DNA of 64,000 bases. It comes from Eledone cirrhosa. Its lineage: Eukaryota. A program made the translations under genes and the position numbers. Every line of letters begins with the position of its first letter. Within the stretch, counting starts at the first letter, position 1. Where the stretch lies: positions 149,420,001 through 149,484,000 of the forward strand of contig OZ024740.1 in the NCBI GenBank assembly GCA_964016885.1, written 5' to 3'. Below, one piece after another: positions 36,807 through 49,779 of this stretch. The notes below the pieces were generated by a model that was given only the letters and a program-made list of their open reading frames with translations, searched no databases and was not told the origin of the DNA.

Positions 36807-38091
36807 GATTAACTCAAAATAATGCGAACAGATAAGCATGACGTTTGAAAATTAATGCGAATACTAAAGGCTAAAGGGTTAAAACCTCCATGCTTCCTGA
36901 GCTTCGCCAACAATATACCTGATGCCCCCCCCCCCCACCTCCATACACATGCACACAAGTATTTCATGACTCGTACACTGTTCATTTTCTTGACATTTGT
37001 ATATTATTCTATGTACTATACATGCACCTTTGATGAGTTGTAGTGCACCTGAGCACTGTACACAATAATTTCATTATTATTATTATCAGACTGCTGCTCA
37101 TATGTATTGGATGGTGATACAGTTGCACAGAGGGCCGTTATAGATAGCATTTAAAAAATAAAAGCCATTTAACTGATTCATTCACCCACTAGCTCACAGC
37201 GACAATTACAACTTTGCCTCATTTATTGCTACTTCAATGGTCTCTAAACATCTGAAACAGCTAACCTACATACTCTTCTTCCTATCCCGCTTATTAAGCC
37301 TCACTTTTATATAAACTTGTTCCAATATAGAATAAATAATATCTTGTTTCACTTAATGTTTCTTAGAGCAAAACATGGATCGTTAAGTAGGTCCTTATAT
37401 AATTGTTTAATTCATCTCCATAAGACCCAGCAAACACAGTAAAGTGGACATGTAAAAGACACAGCAAAAAGCACCCAGCACACACTGTCAACGTGGTTGG
37501 CGTTAGGAAGGGCATCCAGCCATAGAAAACCAGCCAGAAACTCTCCTATATGAGCGAGACACAGTCATCTGACCAAACTTGCCTCTAAATGGGACAAACC
37601 CGTCTAACCCATGCTAGCCTGGAAGAGAGACGTTAATCGACGATGATGACAAATCCAACTTGGGTCACTTTCACTAGTCATCTTTTCAAGGTTGACAAAA
37701 TAAAGTATCAGTTCTGGGTAGTGGATTATTGGAATTGTTAGTGTCAGACAGAATACTTTGTTGCATCTGTTCTAGATATGTCTTCTGGTGACAATGTCTT
37801 CTTTGAGAACATTGGTGCCAAGCACTTCCCTTTCTTTCAGACAATATCAGTGGCACTGAGAAGAGAGTTGCATGCAGGTGTAGCTACTAGTCTTCTATAA
37901 AAATAAAAAATAGCCTGTTCCAGCAGCCTGAAGAATATCTTTTCAAGTAGAGATCCATCTTCTTACAGGCAATGTAGAGGCTTGGGATATTAGTGCATAT
38001 TAGTGGCATAAAAACAGATGATATCAATAATATATTTCTAATGTAATTTTAGGAAAAACTATTACTAAACATTTTGTGGAATTTGAGAGAG

Positions 38092-38266
38092 TACTGTATT
38101 TCTCAGCACCGAATACGCTTCATCCTCAAGGATACACCCTAATTTTGACAACCAAAAATTTGAAGAAAAAAAACAATAAACAACCTTCAGCCTCCAGGAC
38201 ACATGGTAGATTTTTGAGACTTATTTTAGGAAAAATGTAGGGTCTTCAACGCTGGGAAATACAGCA
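38092..38266. mobile_element. Tc1/pogo-like MITE
   Basis: TACTGTATTTCTCAGC ... GCTGGGAAATACAGCA inverted termini. Confidence 0.55.
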
Positions 38267-38517
38267 ATTTATTTTTAAAAAGTATGCTTTGCAATTATAT
38301 TTTGAAAGTCATTTCCAGTTAAAGAAAGAAATATTTTAATGAAATTCTTTTTCATATGCAAGCATTAATACAAAGTTATTGAGTACACTATACATAATTA
38401 TTCTACTGTGAAAGTTTTTAAATTTTTCTTTCAATAATAAAATTTTACACAAAGGAAAATACTGGATAGTAATTATTCTATATTGAATTTCCAATCATAT
38501 AAGTATAGTCTCTACAC

Positions 38518-40560
38518 CAGGGTTTCCTAACCTGGGCAATAACGCCTACTTGTGGCTGGTTTCATCTGTTGAGTGGGTGATGAGCAACTAAACAGAAAAT
38601 GGGTCATTGGAAAATTTGGAGGGTGATGTAGGATTTTGATTATTAAGTAGGTATTTCAACATATGCTATCCAAAAAAATCTATTCAAAGGAGATATGCAA
38701 ATAACTTCCATAAAAAAAAACAGGAGGCTACATTCCTAAATAAGATATAAACATTTTGGTATTTTCTATAGTTTTGAGAAGGGTCATTAACATTCAAATA
38801 GTTCTTTGGTTTCAGATATAACTTGTATAAGGGAAGACATAGAACAACATTACCGGTAAAATTAAGAAGTGACCTCAGGATAAACTTGCCAACACTGCCA
38901 GCACTGAGAGATCACACATAAAATTAACACAGGAGTAGAGCTCTAAAAGCTCTGGCAACAAGCCATATACAAGGAGGCATAGGCAATAATGCAAGACAAA
39001 ATACAAGAATCCCACGATGGGACCTGTTCACAGTTCAATGCACATGCTGATATAAATAAACAGATTGCAACACTTATATTCTTGCATTTGTGGATTATTG
39101 AAAATGGACTATGAGTAACAATACAACTTGGTGAACAAAAATTTTGTTATCTTGTTCCTACTATTTTCTGTATATTGTACGATTTTTAAACACTCCATTT
39201 AACATAATTTGTTATCAATACAGCATTGGTTATTTATCTTATGGATATTTGTCTTATATGCAACAAAACTTTAAACAAAGAAGCCATGAAGCATTCACGC
39301 TTAAAGTATCATTTCTGTTCTAAGTATGCTGGCCAGAAAGAAAAACCTTCGTCATAATTCTTACAGCTTAAAACCTCATTTGTAAAGTGGAAAACATTGA
39401 TCTCAAATTTTCAGAAAACAACTATGCAGCAAGATAACAAGATGGTTGCATCGTATAACATTGTGTTATTGGTCACAAAGGCCAGTAAGTTCCACACTAT
39501 AGGAGAAACATTACTTTGACCTGTTATTGAAGAAGTTCTTTCGACTGTAATGCATAAAAAGCCGGACACAATTATGAAGAAAATTCCACTTAGTAATAAC
39601 ACAATTCCTCAACGTTTAGATGAAATGGCCACTGATGTCAAACATCAACTCATCCATAATCTCCGGAGTTATGAATTTTCCATACAAGTTGATGAATCAA
39701 CAGTTGTAGACAGTCAATGCTTGATGGTGGTGTATGAAAATATTCAAACTTGTGAGGAAATGCTATTCACTGAAAATGGTTGACTGAAAATGTACACCCA
39801 TTTTAGATTCATTGAAGATATTTTTAATATTATTGCCTGTGAATCTGACGGAGTGTCTGCTATGGTAAGTAGAAAAACCTGAACTTTTGCATCTTGTTTT
39901 AAAAGTTCAGTGTGGTTCACCGGCAGCATTATGCAGCAAAAAATATCAACAGCAGACTTATTGATGTACTGCAGTTAGTTATCAAAACTATGAACAAGCT
40001 AAATTCGAATTCTTTGAATGCATCTTCCACCAACTGTGCCTTGATAATGATGCTGACTGAAGCTTTTGTATCATACTGAAGTACAATGGTTGTAAAAAAA
40101 GACAACAGTGTTGTCCATTTTGAACTGTTTGATACAATAACTTTTTTTTTAAAAACACTCCACTATCCACTTATGTGATTGCTTCAAAATGTGGGATCTT
40201 TTTCTTTGTGACATTTTGATCAAACAAAACTATTTCCATGCAAGGAAAGCAAAGAAACGCTTGTTGACTGTAAATCGTCTATCACTGCTTTCATTTATAA
40301 ATTATATATAAGATAAATATTTCAAGACACCAACTCATCCAATTTCAACGATTGGATATCTTGAAAGATAAATTGGTTGAAGAGCCTGTTATTACATGTT
40401 GAGATTATTTGCAATCATTGCATGATGACATGGTACAGAGATTTCAGGATATCGCATTCCCTGTTCTAGTTTAGTATAACCCAATTTGAAATCCAGGTTA
40501 ATCGTTTGCGAAGATAATATGCAGGAAGAATCAATAGATTTACAAAATGATGGTAAACAA
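38518..40560 (+). mobile_element. Decayed hAT (Buster/Charlie-like) transposon
   Basis: CAGGGTTTCCTAACCTG terminus; HTIGETLL and KIPLSNNTIPQRLDEMA...FSIQVDEST transposase motifs with many stops. Confidence 0.78.
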
Positions 40561-41725
40561 GGCTTGTGGTATCATTAATGTATAGTGAGGTCTTATCCCA
40601 ATCGAATAAAATTTAATAAAATACAATTTAAAATGGTTAAGTTTGCTACAGTAGTAGCAGCAGCAGCAGTTATTTGTTACTTCCCTTTGGTTTTCTTTTT
40701 TTACTACATCATAAAAAGTCAGTTTACAAAAGAGTTTCGGTTAGCTTTTGAATTTACAAGTAAGTAGAGAGTGGAAAATGTTTCCCTCCCACTACTCAAC
40801 ATGCTAGCTAGAAATAGTAGCCAATAATCGATATCACATCTTACTATTAAAAAAAAAATACATTGGATAATGCCTAAACGATTGAAGCTTACCTGAGGCT
40901 ATACCATAAAAAAAAAGTAAGCACTATTATACATTGCTCCTCAGATACAAGTTCTACTAGTTTGGAATTGAACTGAAGTGGTGAATCAAACATTTGCAGT
41001 CTCTTTTTCTCACCATTCATAAATAACTGGAATTTCTGAAACATTAAATATATTACTTTTGCTCTTAGTTTTCCATTATTTTAATGTTTCCCTCGTGATA
41101 ATCTGTATAAAGTCTAGAGTAGCTTCCCTTGCATCCAACTATAAAGTTATCTACCTCATAATTGTTAGGAGGTTCTGGTGTACTCGATCTCTAAATTGCT
41201 CTTTTCCGCTACTAAACTGGGAGGAGTATATCCCACCCGAGGAAGGAGCCCCTGAGGTGCAGTGGCTGATGCAGAAGGTGTAACTTGCTGTTCTTTGTGG
41301 CAATGCCTTCACCATTTTATTCGCTGGGTACAGCTGAGATATGCTGACTAGACTGGAGTGAAGAGCTTGCTGCTGCTTCTCCCTTTTCACTTCATTTATT
41401 TTTCCCTATATCTTTTGTATTGAAAACATTATACAATCCGACTGAAATTTGTTGAATAAAAATCTTTGGAATCGAAAAAAAATCGTTAGTATGACATATA
41501 AGTAGAAAATAAAAATCAGTATAATGTATGTTTCAAATAATTGTCTAAGTATTTTAAAATAGAAAAGTAAGCTATCAGTGAGTAGTGTATATCATTAGGA
41601 GTCACATCATAGGTGTAGCCATTACAATTTTAAACTTAAGAAAAATATTATTGCATAATTTCATTCTCCATTCCCAAACAAAAAAAAATGGTTGAAATAA
41701 AAATTAGTGCTGCAAGCATTTAACA

Positions 41726-41875
41726 TATATATATATAAAACTGAGGATGTCTGTCTGAGTTTGAATCCCTAAAACTCGAGAACCACCCAACCGACTGTTT
41801 TCAAACTTTACACATATAACGTCGCGCTCTTATAATATCTGTCTGTATGTCTGGCTGTCTGCATTACGTCACTTC

Positions 41876-41923
<48 letters not shown>

Positions 41924-41930
41924 TGTGTCT

Positions 41931-41962
<32 letters not shown>

Positions 41963-42535
41963 TTGAGTTTGAGTTTGAATCCCTAAAACTCGAGAAGTAC
42001 CCAACCGATTTTTTTCAAACTTTACATGTGTATTATGTTTCAGGAAGTGTTATCCACATAAAAAAATTCAACTTTTTGATCTCCTAGGGCCCGCATTAGG
42101 TGAAAAACTGCGTTTTTTAAGCTTTTTAGGGTTTTTTTTAGATGTTGCGTCAGACCGATTTCCTTGAAATTGTAACTATGCATTAGTCAGTCTCTTCTTC
42201 ATACCGTGAGCAAAGAAAATCCAACTTTCTAATGGCCTAGGGTCCGCATTAGGTGAAAAACTTCATTTTTTCAGCTTTTTAGGGCTTTTTGGAGGCGTTA
42301 CGTCTAGCCGATTTTCCCGAAATTTCAAAGCATATTATGCATATCAAAAAAATTCATTTTCTTGATCCCCTAAGGCCCACATTAGGTGAAAACCTAAAAG
42401 ATTATCCAGCCATCAGAGTATTCAGTTTATTTTCTTTTATATATTGTCCAGGCATGCAGTTTATCCATGATTAGGTCTGTGGTGGCCCGCCTTCCAAAAT
42501 ACCTTATCCTGTGCAATGCCGGGTACCACTGCTAG
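41726..42535 (+). mobile_element. Non-autonomous Helitron-like element, copy 3, with duplicated 5' module
   Basis: Same family as 9720-10306; ends GGGTACCACTGCTAG|T; GAGTTTGAATCCCTAAAACTCGAGAA occurs twice around a TG tract. Confidence 0.78.
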
Positions 42536-42830
42536 TTCTTTATAATTAAACTGCAGAATAAACTATAGTTGATGGGACTTACAGGTATTTTGTTCAGTTC
42601 TTCTTAACTGGCCATCCCATGTAATATATCTAAGACCACATTATCCAGTGTGTCTTTTATTACCATATTTTTAATGAAAGATAATTTCTATAATTCATAT
42701 CATTTAGCAAATAATCAAATATTTGTAAGTACCTAGTAAATAATATAATTTTCTTTTCATTATGCTGGTGTTTGAAAATTAACTTTAAAAAGTTCTTATA
42801 TAAAAATATGATGAAAAGTTTTTAAATAAA

Positions 42831-43500
42831 TACAAAGTCTGTTGAAAAGTATCCAACCTTAGGTTAAGAGGGGGGAAAATAACCTACTTGATGGGGTTCA
42901 ATTGCTAATCCCCTAATCTCCACACACTCAGTCCAGCAATCCTTCCACTGATTGAAGCACAGCTAAACTGCTCATTCCAGAATAGCTCTCAACTCTCAAA
43001 GGAGTCAGAAAGAGCCAGGACTGGAGAGTTGGGAGCCAGGTAAATAAGCACAATGCCTTTCTTTATGAAGAAATCTAGGATGATTCAATGAATATGTCAA
43101 TGAAGGAATTGCCATGATGCAGCTGCCAGTTTTTCAAAGCAGACACATCTGTTTTCTTACATCAAACTGCATCAAAACTAAATAGGTCTAACTGATAGAA
43201 CTCTTTTATAACCATTTGTCCATCTGGTGCATATTTGTGATGCATAATCCCTTAGTAATTTAAGAAAACAGTCAGCATCACCTTGATTTTGCACTACACC
43301 TGATGTCTTTTGGGGGCCTTGGGTGCTTCCACTGTGTTGACAGCTTTGGTTTCCAGGACATACTCGTATACCCACACTTTTGTCTCCTCTAACGTCATTA
43401 AATCTGACAGCAAAATAAGTCAAGTCAGATATGTTTTTGACAGACCTCATATAAATACTAAAACAGCTTTCTGTTGGTTTCAAGCAATTTGATATCAAAA
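42831..43500 (-). mobile_element. Decayed mariner transposon fragment
   Basis: Frameshifted T-GDE-WV-EY-PETK-like region near 43350-43400; TA-flanked terminus near 42831. Confidence 0.6.
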
Positions 43501-45499
43501 GGGTTGCAATGGTAGGATTTTATTTAAGGGAGATTTAGCTGTTATTCCCAGCAAGTCAAGTTTTTGTTATGCTGAGAGGTAGAATATTAAAACTTTCTTT
43601 TAAGTCAATACCTCAGCTATTACACATTTATTGCAATATCATAAGGGAGTTGAGCAGAGGTCTATTTCAAAAACCTTTTATGGAATATTTCATATCTAAT
43701 TATGCTAATTAGGATAAAATATAATTTATAACTGTGGATGTTTACATATTAATTATTAATGCAATAATCTTAGTTGATTTTTTTTTTCACCTTACTAACA
43801 AATTGAATACATCTCAGAATTGCAAAACTAGTACAACTAAACTTCTGTCTACAAAGCAGGTAATTAAACAGTCACATTCAAACAGTTAAAATCCTATAGG
43901 CACTAGCTTTCTCCAACTAGCCAGTTTGTTTATCATCTTTACAATAAAGCACTCAACTACTATGCAGACCCATATTGCAGCCCATTTCACTGGCTATGAT
44001 GTAGCTACATAACTTATATACCAATTTCGCAAATGATTGGTCCCCGCAGCTCACACATCGTGTCTTAGTGCAGGGACTAAACCTACTTCAACAAGTTGCA
44101 TGAATGTTTATACATGAATGGATGCACAGTTAAATTGTATTACAAACACCTATCACATGCTATACATCCTTCAACAAGTGCAGTTATGTAGTTTGCATTC
44201 TCTTTTCTTCCTAAACTTGTCCTGAGCCTGCAGTCAGGCACATTGACAGTGAAGGCCCTACGCAAACTGAACTAAAAGCTTTACAGGCCACAAGCCTTAC
44301 TAGCTTCATAAGCAGCTGTTGCAAGCTACACACACTTTAGCTAGATTGCCAAAAATCAACAAACATCAAATCATTCAATCTCTAATGCATTAACAGAATT
44401 CTTCATTCACCTTGTCTATATTATAACGTAGGTTTTAAACTGAATTAATGATCCCATTAAAAAAAAAAATCTTTTAATCTATCATTTTTACCATAATAAA
44501 ATTATGTATAGAAGATGAAATAAAGAAATCTCTTATTTAGTTACAACTGATTGATATTTGTTAGTCAACATATCATGCCTTAAGTAGACAGCTATCTCTG
44601 TGCTTCATTACAACTTCTATTAAACATTTTCTAGAAAAGTTACTTGGAGGTTAGCTACAAAAATGAAATACATAAATTCAACTAATGGCAGTAAATAAAA
44701 AAATCAAACTATTTTATAATCTTATCCTTCAACACCACCTCAGTTAGTAGCTATTTCTTCTGAGTGACAGATGTGAACTGTTCGGTTGTTTGCAGCTATT
44801 TTTCTTTCCCAATCATTTTGCTAGTTAATAATATAACCAACTTCTCAATGGTTATGTATTGTTGACATATGAATGTACAATCAACATATTTACTAGTCTG
44901 TGAAAACAATATCCATATGTTACTACTGCTTATATGCATTATTGACTCGATAGCACATAGAAACATGTTTAATTCAAATAAATAATATCTTTCCAACTAT
45001 GTCAATGAAGTTTGGGTTTCTAAATTAAATACTTAGTTATTTTGTTTGTTTATAAAACAATTTTAAAACTTCCCCACAAAGGATTCTTAATATAAAACAA
45101 AGCAGATGACTTAACAGTGTATGCAACATACTTAGAGAGAAACAAATGAAACCTTAAAAGCAAATGGTTAACAAACAAGTTGCCCACAAGTAGAGAGCTA
45201 TTAAACTAGATTAGCAATTTTCAGATATAACAGAAATAATGATTTCTGAAAGAAATCCAGACTCAAATCCTTTTTTGGTGGATTATTAAGTCCAATACTT
45301 GATTGGTACTCGTTTTATCAAACCCCAAAGAATGAAAGGTAAGAGCAACCATGACAGGGTTTAAATTCAGAATGTAAGGACACTGCGTCTGGTACTCTCG
45401 AATTCCATCCCCTACTCTTTGATATAATATAAAAATTATTGCAAAATAATAGAATATTAATCCTGCTAATACAGATAAGTTTGATAAAATGAAAAAGAA

Positions 45500-46400
45500 A
45501 TAAATATACATATAATTATCTTCATCAATTCTACAGAGTCATGATTTGATATCCTTTGTTTATCTACTATGTTGAAATCTGAAAGGATTGTCTTTGGAGC
45601 AGCAAGTTATGCAATACATTTGATTTCTGGATGTTGATGCTCAAACCAAAGTGACCATGTGCTCTTGAAGTTATTAATTGACTAATACATCTCATGTATG
45701 AGTGGCTGAAGTATTGTCATCTGCATAGTGCAGTTCAGTTGTCTATGATACCTCATCTCCAATCATGAGTAGTTCGTTAATAAGAGTTTTGAAACTAGTA
45801 CACTTGAGTCCTCTAGAGATTGAAAACCCTTCAGAGATGTTATTTTTATGAGAGAATTCTCTAGCCAATTCATTATGGAGCACTTGGATGAATGTTACAA
45901 ATCAGTCAATAAGGGTAGATAAATCATTTTATAACTAACCACATGGCAAATGTATGCATGGTGATGAAAGTCTTTTTCAGGGTTTCTATTGTGCTCTACA
46001 TTTTTCTTGTAGTTGTCTTACACAGAATATCATATCAATTGTTCTTTTGGAGGCTCAAATCCATACTGCTACTCAAGCAAGATCTTAAAGAAGATTTGGG
46101 AGAAGTTAGATAGAATTCTGGCAAAGATTTTCCTTGAAACAGGAAGCAGGGATATGTCAGATGCTGATCTCTTTTGAAAATAGTAATGATATTGGCCTTT
46201 TTCAGATTCATTGGTAAGTACTCTTTGAGCTTCCTACACTTGAATGATAAGAGTGAAAAGCCTTGTTACAAATATCAGCCAGAATTATGTTATCAGATCA
46301 TGGTTCTTCCTTTGGTTGCACTCTATTGTTCTCCTCTGCAACAAATAGATCATAAAATGGTGTCCTCTACCTTAGCCTCAGGCTGAAAAATGCCTTTGAG
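45500..46400 (-). mobile_element. Very decayed LINE RT fragment
   Basis: DISLLPVSRKIFARIL on minus near 46110-46160; boundaries uncertain. Confidence 0.4.
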
Positions 46401-46626
46401 TGAATCTGGTAGATAGAAACTTTAAGAAAGTCTGATACACATGTTTCATTAATAGCCAGGAATTGATTAAAACAAATATGACTAGGTAGAAATTATATGG
46501 GATAGCACAATGATATCCATGTTCAATGAACTAACCAGCATCATCATATATTAACATAGTTGTGTCTCCTGAGACAAAACTAAGGATACAACTTGTTAGT
46601 CAAAGTTAACAGCTCTAAATTATAAT

Positions 46627-46811
46627 TGTTTCTATTTTTGGCACAAGGCCAGCAATTATTTCAGTGCATTACTGGTACTATATTTTATCGACCCTATAAG
46701 GATGAAAGGCAAAGTTAACTTTGGTGGGATTTGAACTCAGACCGCAAAAGTCCACACCTCTATGCAACAAATCATGGCGTCCGACCTACCGATACTGCCA
46801 AAACACCCGTC
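46627..46811 (-). mobile_element. tRNA-derived SINE with 12-bp TSD
   Basis: TSD CTAAATTATAAT at 46615-46626 and 46812-46823. Confidence 0.85.
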
Positions 46812-47530
46812 CTAAATTATAATGTACAATTAGCCACATTAATTTAACATGTCGTTCAGTAGAATCAACAGAATTCAGCAAAATTCTTTGTAGTTTCTAG
46901 TTACATCTCTTAACATTCTTAAATGAAATCATGCTGGAATCTGACATCAATGAAAAATATACTAGCTAGAATTGTTTCTACTGATAATAATCTCACCTTC
47001 TCGATTTGTAACCATAGGATAGAGAGGATACTTTGGTCTTGTTGAGGACCTTGATAAACTCTCTAATGTTGATACTAAGTACTCTTCAGTCTGGTCAAAC
47101 ATATGACAACCTCTCTAGTGTTCATGCCATAATACAATATTCCCAGTATACTCTGTAAAGTGATAGTACTGGTGTCATGAAAGAATGCAGCCAATACATG
47201 CAGTAAAATGGCAGTGATTGTGTCATGATAAAATGCATCTAATGTACTCTATAAAGTGTTTAATATTAGAATCCATGCCAAAATACAAAATATATGTGCA
47301 AATCATGGTTATCCAACTATGGCAAACATCCATCTCATGCCAGCATAAAAAATATATGTAAAATGATGATAATGATGAAATATATTAAAATGGAATTGAT
47401 CTCTTTGTTTCTTATATATATAAGAGACGCTTCCATGCAAGCGAGGCATGGTCTCATGACCAGTCTCGCATCAAATAGGACAAAACCGTCTAACCCATGC
47501 TAGCGTGGAAGATGTATGTTAAACGATGAT

Positions 47531-47565
<35 letters not shown>

Positions 47566-47920
47566 CACACACATATGCGCGTGTGCACACACACTCATGA
47601 CTGACATCTCCACATTTCCATCTACCAAATTCTAACAAGGTATGGGTAAATTTGAATCTATGGTCAAATATATTCCCCAAGCTACTGTACAGTAAGATCA
47701 AAACTAGAACTACATGGTACAAAAGCAAATCTGTTTAATGCGAAGCACTTTACAGAGGGTACTGGATGCAGTTTATTATGTCTCCAATACTAGAGAGGTT
47801 GATGTATGCTTGACAAGACTGAAGAGCCCTTAGTATCAGCATTGGTCCTCTCTACACTATTCTTAAAAAATAATAAGGTGGGATATTATCAGCAGAAATG
47901 ATTCTAGTTAGTATATATAT

Positions 47921-48300
47921 ATCATCATCATCATCAGGTTTAGCGTCCGTGTTCCACGCTTGCATGGGTTTGGACGGGGGTTTTCCCACTTGAGGCAAGA
48001 GTGGTTGTCTTGCTCGCATAGGACTGTCTGGCGGGTTTTCTACAGTTGGATGCCCTTCCTAACACCAACCACATTTACAGTGTGGGGCTGGGAGGTTTTT
48101 ACCGTGTTGCCTACACGGCCACATTACAGCGTGGACTGTCTGGCGGGTTTTCTACAGCTGGATGCCCTTCCTAACACCAACCACATTTACAGTGTGGGGC
48201 TGGGAGGTTTTTACCGTGTTGCCTACACGGCCACATTTACAGCGTGGACTGTGTGTTTTTTGTCATGACACCTACACGATCTCATTTGTTTCGGCCTGGA
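47921..48300 (-). mobile_element. RTE family B 3' end with ~112-bp tandem duplication
   Basis: (CAT)n tail on the left; GGACTGTCTGGCGGGTTTTCTACAG... unit starts at 48021 and 48133. Confidence 0.78.
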
Positions 48301-48369
48301 TGTTGTGGGACCAACATAACTTTACATTGAAAGGGGCAGTGTGGGTGGGGTGGAGGTGGTGGGACGGGG

Positions 48370-48414
<45 letters not shown>

Positions 48415-49123
48415 TATATATATATATTATTTTTTTAACAAATGAAATATGTTTTATTAAATAAGAATTTTAAAAAAATCGTAAAACAATCTATTTCAAA
48501 TAAGATATCTAAAAACGGAAAAAGTAGGGAAGCGCAAAGGCTCGAGGGTCCTAAAAGAATGTGAGGAGATGAGGAGGGTGACAGGCTCTAGGCCTAGCAC
48601 ACTGTGGTGTTGGGGCTGCATCCTGCAGACAAGACTGCAAAAGCATTTCTGCGGACAATGGCCAGCGGCATCCACTGCAACAACCATCCCATCTGATGGG
48701 GCTCCTTCCTCAGATTGGCTGTGAACATTCCAATCTTGTGGAGGAGCTCTATAGTGCAGAAACCAAGTACATCTGAGGTCTTGATGGCATCTGGTGCAAT
48801 CCCTGGTATTTGTTGGTCTTCCTTTCCTCTACATTTCAGGCTGCAGTACCAGGATTTGTGGTCAAAGCGAATAAGTTAAAGATAGAGAATGTGTTGCAAT
48901 ATGTAGTGTCCCAGATGAGGGATGTACCTCATTTGAATTGGAAGAGGGTAATTCTGTCAGACTGTTCATAATAATTAATTGGCTTATAACAATAATTCTA
49001 TCTTCACAAATTTGATATAATTCAAGATTGCCTTCTGATATTACAAGGACATTATTTTGTTGGCTTACTGAGTAGTACATGTTATAACATTGAGATAGAA
49101 AAATATGAAATAGAATTACTTAC

Positions 49124-49276
49124 CACAGAGAAACATGACAATACTTGATAACGAGAGAATTAATGGTTTGACATGAATTGGACAGCAATGGATGAGCAGG
49201 CATAGAAGGAAGACTGCTACCAATCCTTGGAGCAAGAACGTCAGGCTGATTAAAACCTGCACTGAGATAAACCATG
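49124..49276 (-). CDS. Claudin-like protein, coding exon 2 (153 nt, TM2-TM3)
   Basis: Read by hand: acceptor tttatcatacag|CA TGG, translation (P)WFISVQVLISLTFLLQGLVAVFLLCLLIHCCPIHVKPLILSLSSIVMFLC(G), donor G|GTAAGT. Phase 1-1, in frame with exons 1 and 3. Confidence 0.92.
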
Positions 49277-49779
49277 CTGTATGATAAAAGTGAAAGAAAA
49301 TGTTTTTTTAATTATTAGCCTTTTGAGCACAAATCCTCACACATTAAATTTTCTTTAAAGATGTGAAATTTCAGAAACAAAGAAACAATTAAATAAGACA
49401 TTTTTATTTTATCAATTGCATATTCATTTCATGGCCTAATTCTTTATAGCTGACTGGTTTTGTCACAAAACAAAAGGCAAATTTTTTTAGAGTAAAAATT
49501 CTGTTGTGATGTTCATATCTTTTGACATAAGTGAAGAATCCAGACTCCTAGAATTCTGCAATGCGAATGAACTAATGATCTGTAACACTAACTTGAAATA
49601 AAAACAACCACTACTTGATCACCTATAGATGAGGTAAACACACCTGCTAAATCGATTTTATCCTCACCAAAAGGAGAGATAGAGCAATGGTTGTAAACAC
49701 AAAATCCCCCCCTGGTGTGGAATGCACCTCCCAACATAACCTAATAGTCAGCAATTTGTTAATTAGGGCTAAACGAATA

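Larger units (their letters stand above)
34696..36878 (+). mobile_element. Internally deleted piggyBac transposon
   Basis: TTAA TSDs (34692-34695, 36879-36882); CCCTTTAG / CTAAAGGG termini; transposase remnants FLFITQTFFEVVAEEINRYAQQ and IMPKTTYLKLNQYLHL. Confidence 0.82.
32500..37085 (+). mobile_element. CR1-clade LINE (APE endonuclease plus RT), frameshifted and split by a piggyBac insertion
   Basis: ETW, GYNLFRKD, AGDFNHPKIDW, PTRGDNTLDL and SDH endonuclease motifs; VPQGSVLGPLLF and YADD RT motifs; sequence resumes after 36882 and ends in (ATT)n. Confidence 0.9.

Noticed and set aside
39240-40560. Domesticated ZBED/SCAND3-like gene
   Set aside because: Multiple stops and frameshifts indicate a dead hAT transposon.
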